Below the pieces are notes generated by a model, which saw only the letters and a program-made list of their open reading frames with translations, made no database searches and was not told the DNA's origin. 64,000 bases of DNA from Bacillales bacterium UBA6120 (GTDB lineage Bacteria > Bacillota_I > Bacilli_A > RFN20 > CAG-826), in contig DIVY01000017.1 in the NCBI GenBank assembly GCA_002422535.1, forward strand, positions 15,176 through 79,175, given 5' to 3'. The first letter of the stretch is position 1; each line of letters begins with the position of its first letter. Below are positions 60,028 to 64,000 of the stretch, piece by piece. A program made the translations under genes and the position numbers.

Positions 60028-61649
60028 TGAACATGGCTCTAAAACGAATTAATGAAATCGCTAAGAAACTTAATATTGCGGAGCAGTATCTGCTTCCTTA
60101 TGGTCACTACAAAGCAAAAGTAGACCCCGAAATTTTTGAAACATTGAAGCATAAGCCTTATGGAAAACTCGTTTTAGTTACGGCCATCACGCCAACGAAG
60201 GCTGGTGAGGGAAAAACCACGACTTCAATCGCTCTTGTCGATGGACTCAATCGCCTCAACAAAAAAGCGGTCTTGGCGCTTAGAGAACCTTCTCTTGGTC
60301 CCGTCTTCGGCTTAAAAGGGGGAGCTACCGGTGGTGGACTTGCCCGTGTTGAGCCATCTGAAGATATTAACTTGCATTTTACCGGCGACATCCATTGTCT
60401 TACCTCATCAGTGAATCTTGTCTCCGCTATTATCGATAATCACATTTTCCAAGGGAATGAACTTGGTATTGATCCTCATCATATTGTATGGAAACGCGTC
60501 ATGGATATGAACGATCGGGCCCTGCGTGATGTCGAAGTTGGCCGTGGTACCAATAATGGTACGCCTAGACCCGACCATTTTATGATTACGGTCGCTAGTG
60601 AATTGATGGCGATATTGTGTCTTGCCGACGATGCCGATGATTTCGAAAAGCGCACTAACGAAGTTATTGTCGCCTATACATTTGAGGGACGCCCCGTTCG
60701 CATTGGGGATTTAAGAATTTCTCACGCAATCATGAAATTAATGCGCGAGGCGTTTAAACCAAATCTTGTGCAGACACTCGAAAACAATCCCGTTTTTATT
60801 CATGGAGGACCGTTCGCTAATATCGCCCATGGTTGTAACTCGTTAACGGCCACAAAAATGGGACTTAAACTTGGCGAAATACTTGTCACCGAAGCCGGGT
60901 TTGGTTCTGATTTAGGTGCCGAAAAATTCATGGATATCAAATGTCGAGTTGGTGGCTTACATCCCGACGCTGCCGTAATCGTCACCACAATCAGGGCGCT
61001 GAAAATGCATGGAGGCGTCGCTTTGGAAAACCTTAAAGAGGAAAATGTCGAAGCCTTACTAACAGGAACGGCGAACTTAAAACGACATGTACTCAATATC
61101 AAGAAATTCCAAGTTCCATCCATAATTGCCTTAAACAAATTTGATGCAGATACTCCCCAAGAAATAAAAGCTTTAACCGATTGGGCATATCAAGAAGGGT
61201 ATCATTTTGCGATTAATGACGCCTTTACAAAAGGGGGCGAAGGCGCGCTTTCTCTTGCCTCGAAAGTGATTGAAATATTAGAAACCACGAAGTCTCACTA
61301 TCAGCCTCTTTATCCCCTCGATCTCTCGATAGAAGATAAAATAGTCAAGATTTGCAAGGATATTTATGGCGCGGGAAGTGTTGAGTTCTCCCAAAAAGCA
61401 AAGGATCAGATCGAGCAATATCGCTCATTAGGATATGACTCCTTGCCCATTTGCATGGCAAAAACGCCCCAATCACTGACAGATGACCCCACGGTTTTTA
61501 ATGCGCCGACGGGATTTAAGGTGTCCATTCGTGAAGTTGATTTATCGGCTGGCGCCGGCTTTATTATTCCGCTTACTGGCGATGTGATGACGATGCCAGG
61601 ATTGGGAAAAGTTCCCGGCGCTGTCAAGATGCAAGATGAACCATGGTAA
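60027..61649 (+). CDS. fhs: formate--tetrahydrofolate ligase
   Basis: TPTKAGEGKTTTSIAL P-loop and full-length FTHFS. Confidence 0.95.
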   Translation: MNMALKRINEIAKKLNIAEQYLLPYGHYKAKVDPEIFETLKHKPYGKLVLVTAITPTKAGEGKTTTSIALVDGLNRLNKKAVLALREPSLGPVFGLKGGATGGGLARVEPSEDINLHFTGDIHCLTSSVNLVSAIIDNHIFQGNELGIDPHHIVWKRVMDMNDRALRDVEVGRGTNNGTPRPDHFMITVASELMAILCLADDADDFEKRTNEVIVAYTFEGRPVRIGDLRISHAIMKLMREAFKPNLVQTLENNPVFIHGGPFANIAHGCNSLTATKMGLKLGEILVTEAGFGSDLGAEKFMDIKCRVGGLHPDAAVIVTTIRALKMHGGVALENLKEENVEALLTGTANLKRHVLNIKKFQVPSIIALNKFDADTPQEIKALTDWAYQEGYHFAINDAFTKGGEGALSLASKVIEILETTKSHYQPLYPLDLSIEDKIVKICKDIYGAGSVEFSQKAKDQIEQYRSLGYDSLPICMAKTPQSLTDDPTVFNAPTGFKVSIREVDLSAGAGFIIPLTGDVMTMPGLGKVPGAVKMQDEPW

Positions 61650-61861
61650 CCAATTTAAAGTACGGGCTCAACGATATCGTCGAGATGAAACGTCCGCATC
61701 CATGTGTCACTCATAGTCGCCTATTTAAAATTATAAGAGTGGGAGCGGATATTAAGTTATCATGTCAAGGCTGCGGCCATGTGGTGATGATGACGCGCGA
61801 TTTATTTAACAAACGCATTAAACGAATCGTGACTGTAAGCCCTGATATTCCAAAAGAATAA
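61643..61861 (+). CDS. DUF951-family small protein
   Basis: DIVEMKRPHPC...GADIKLSCQGCGHVVMM matches the DUF951 pattern as remembered. Confidence 0.6.
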   Translation: MVTNLKYGLNDIVEMKRPHPCVTHSRLFKIIRVGADIKLSCQGCGHVVMMTRDLFNKRIKRIVTVSPDIPKE

Positions 61862-61865
61862 CAAG

Positions 61866-61894
61866 ACTCCTACTAATATGTAGGAGTTTTATTT
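61866..61894 (+). terminator. rho-independent terminator whose 3' arm also carries the SD for the next gene
   Basis: ACTCCTAC-TAATAT-GTAGGAGT hairpin followed by TTTTATTT. The AGGAG lies 9 nt before the GTG at 61896. Confidence 0.55.
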
Positions 61895-61895
61895 C

Positions 61896-63941
61896 GTGAT
61901 TGAACTGATTCATATATCAAAAGTTTTTGGTTCGGGGCCAAACGCATGCAAAGCACTCGAAAATGTTAATCTAACATTTAATTCATCCGGTTTAGTCGTG
62001 ATTATGGGTCCATCGGGTTGTGGCAAAAGCACATTATTGAACATCATCGCCTTGCTTGATCGACCCACTAGTGGCAAATACGAGTTATTTGGGAAGAAAA
62101 CAAGTGAGTTTTCTAATCGTCACATTGAAAGTCACTATAAAAACACGTTTGCTTATTTATTCCAACATTTCTATTTGCTGGAAGGATTTTCCGCGTTTGA
62201 TAATGTCCTGCTGCCCTTAATAAATGATGGCTATTCACTTGATGAAGCGCGCTATCGAATTCCGGCTTTATTTGCCACTTTTGGCATCGCGCATTTATTG
62301 AATCGCCCCGTAGAGACATTGTCAGGAGGAGAATCTCAGCGCGTCGCTCTATTGCGCGCAATCGCCAAGAAAAGTCCAATCATCCTAGGTGATGAACCCA
62401 CCGGCGCCCTCGATTCGCGAAATGGTGTTTTACTAATGGAAACATTGAAAGAAATTTCGAAGCAAAAACTAGTGATCATTGTTACTCATGATCGCCAATT
62501 GGCTCTAAGTTATGCCGATCGAATTATCGATATGGACAATGGTCAGATTGTCAAAGACCAAGTAATTAATATAACTCCCGCGCTTGAATGTAAGGCCAGC
62601 CATAAAAAAGCACCTGCAATAATAAAGACGTTTCTTTGGAAATTTATGATGCTCGCCCGAAAAAGTTTAACGTGGTCGCTTATCTCGTTAGTTGTGGGAA
62701 TCATCACGACTATATTAACGATTGGAATGGCGGAGGGCACCTCAAATCTTTGCCGTGATTTACCGCTTGAAACAGCCGACGCGCGCATCTTTTATTTCAG
62801 AACACAACATGTCCTTCCTCTTGAAAACACACCATTAAATCTAATAAGTTATGAGCGCCCCTTAATGAGTGAAGCCCAACAGGTAGCATCTTCATTTCCA
62901 GAAAGTTATCTCGACGTTTCTTTCAAAGGCTTGCTTGGAGAATTAGGAACATTATTTGTTGATGGTCAACCATTGACAAGCGTCCAATTGATACCACTGA
63001 TCATAGATGAATTATTTGACAACTCATCGTTTGACACGATTTATATGAATAAACCAGCCGCGGATATTATATGTTCTAAGCGCCTAGACCAAGAAAATTC
63101 CTTAAAAATAGATTATCAAATAAATTTGGAAACAAAATTTGTTTTGGATGATGAACGCGTCATTCGGGATGCCTTCGACATTCATCACAAATTTATGAAG
63201 ATCAAGGAAATCGATGATCGCCGTTTCAATCAGGAAGCGATTGTCTTTTATGATTACTTTGCTGCTAAAAAATGGCTCGATAACAAGGTTTTGCCAAACC
63301 TATCAGCAGCGTTACAAACAGAAATCAGCTGGTATCGCCGTTTACTGATGGCGACACCATTTGAAGCAATCACCAACCTTGAATACATGCTTATCTTAGC
63401 AAACGATGAACAAGTTAAAGACATGTATGATCGTTTGCCAGAAGATGAACGTTATTCTTGGTCGAGCGCTTATATTCAAGAACGTGAAATTTTAGGTGCA
63501 CTGACGACCACGATTAATTTGGGACTTAGCTTTTTCACCGCCATAAGCGCCCTTGTTAGTGTCATCATGATGATGCTTACGATGGTGCACATTATGGCAA
63601 TATTTCGGCGACGCTTGGCCATTATGTGGCAATTAGGAACTAATTTTAAGCAATTAAAACATCTACTTATAAGCATTGGACGATTTCAAGCTTTAATCGC
63701 CTGTGCTTTATCTGTTCTAGTGACGCTAGTGTTGCAACCTTTGTTAAATAAATTGTTTGCCAAAATCGTGCATTTTAACAATATTATTGCAGTTCCTTGG
63801 AAGTCATATCATCAAATCGTATTGGGATTGCCGATTTTAATCTTTTTAATCGTGTTTATCACTAGTGAAATAACAACGAGATTAGTGATGCGGTCATTGG
63901 CCTCAAAAAATTTAATTGAGGAGTTGCGGGATGCTGATTGA
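61896..63941 (+). CDS. fused ABC ATPase plus FtsX/MacB-type permease
   Basis: Walker A GPSGCGKST, signature LSGGESQRV, Walker B ILGDEPTGALD, and a C-terminal 4-TM FtsX-like domain. GTG start. Confidence 0.8.
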   Translation: MIELIHISKVFGSGPNACKALENVNLTFNSSGLVVIMGPSGCGKSTLLNIIALLDRPTSGKYELFGKKTSEFSNRHIESHYKNTFAYLFQHFYLLEGFSAFDNVLLPLINDGYSLDEARYRIPALFATFGIAHLLNRPVETLSGGESQRVALLRAIAKKSPIILGDEPTGALDSRNGVLLMETLKEISKQKLVIIVTHDRQLALSYADRIIDMDNGQIVKDQVINITPALECKASHKKAPAIIKTFLWKFMMLARKSLTWSLISLVVGIITTILTIGMAEGTSNLCRDLPLETADARIFYFRTQHVLPLENTPLNLISYERPLMSEAQQVASSFPESYLDVSFKGLLGELGTLFVDGQPLTSVQLIPLIIDELFDNSSFDTIYMNKPAADIICSKRLDQENSLKIDYQINLETKFVLDDERVIRDAFDIHHKFMKIKEIDDRRFNQEAIVFYDYFAAKKWLDNKVLPNLSAALQTEISWYRRLLMATPFEAITNLEYMLILANDEQVKDMYDRLPEDERYSWSSAYIQEREILGALTTTINLGLSFFTAISALVSVIMMMLTMVHIMAIFRRRLAIMWQLGTNFKQLKHLLISIGRFQALIACALSVLVTLVLQPLLNKLFAKIVHFNNIIAVPWKSYHQIVLGLPILIFLIVFITSEITTRLVMRSLASKNLIEELRDAD

Positions 63942-64000
63942 GGCAAAAGGATTATCGAAAAGTTTTTTAAATAATAGAGTGTTAAAGGATATTAATATTC
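63931..64000 (+). CDS. ABC transporter ATP-binding protein, 5' fragment (runs off the window)
   Basis: MLIEAKGLSKSFLNNRVLKDINI is a typical ABC ATPase N-terminus. The ATG overlaps the upstream stop. Confidence 0.5.
   Translation, partial: MLIEAKGLSKSFLNNRVLKDINI

Noticed and set aside
1-64000. CRISPR arrays, tRNA/rRNA genes, IS elements/transposases, integrases
   Set aside because: No regularly spaced direct repeats, no tRNA-like T-loop/acceptor arrangements in intergenic regions, and no transposase or integrase-like ORFs were seen.

Overview
This is a 64 kb chromosomal segment from a low-GC Gram-positive bacterium of the Firmicutes/Tenericutes type, possibly Erysipelotrichia- or Acholeplasma-like. 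It uses the standard bacterial code: conserved genes end at TGA, TAA and TAG at full length, so neither UGA nor TAA is reassigned.

Most of the window is conserved housekeeping DNA in Bacillus-like order:
- M28 peptidase, alpha/beta hydrolase, ZupT, metallophosphoesterase, DUF2207, LemA
- GtrA-like protein and a heterodimeric ABC exporter on the minus strand
- flippase-like membrane protein, GT4 glycolipid synthase, recX, yhaM, hit, two large lipoproteins
- sufCDSUB, mnmG, rsmG, parAB
- FMN riboswitch followed by ribU, then a ferredoxin, cmk, der, gpsA and hup
- dnaD, nth, recU, gpsB, RNase P RNA (rnpB), pgsA, a cinA C-terminal domain gene and recA
- rny, ymdB, miaB, ymcA/ricA, mutS, mutL, miaA, tcdA, fhs, and an ABC/FtsX-type transporter

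Two low-GC accessory patches stand out.

(1) Positions 1 to about 6900. A tight, translationally coupled operon encodes anaerobic RNR NrdD, a metallophosphoesterase (where the activase NrdG would be expected), a Tmk-like nucleotide kinase, and an 818-aa protein. That protein fuses an unknown N-terminal domain and BspA-type leucine-rich repeats (LRR_5) to a C-terminal beta-class DPPY DNA methyltransferase domain, which looks like a new architecture. It is followed by a DUF4238-family gene (the family behind a single-gene anti-phage system) interrupted by one in-frame TAA.

(2) Positions 13940 to 15870. An XRE HTH repressor and an ImmA/IrrE metallopeptidase are followed by a DUF3368/PIN-like gene carrying two in-frame TAA codons.

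No CRISPR array, tRNA, rRNA, intact transposase or integrase was found.
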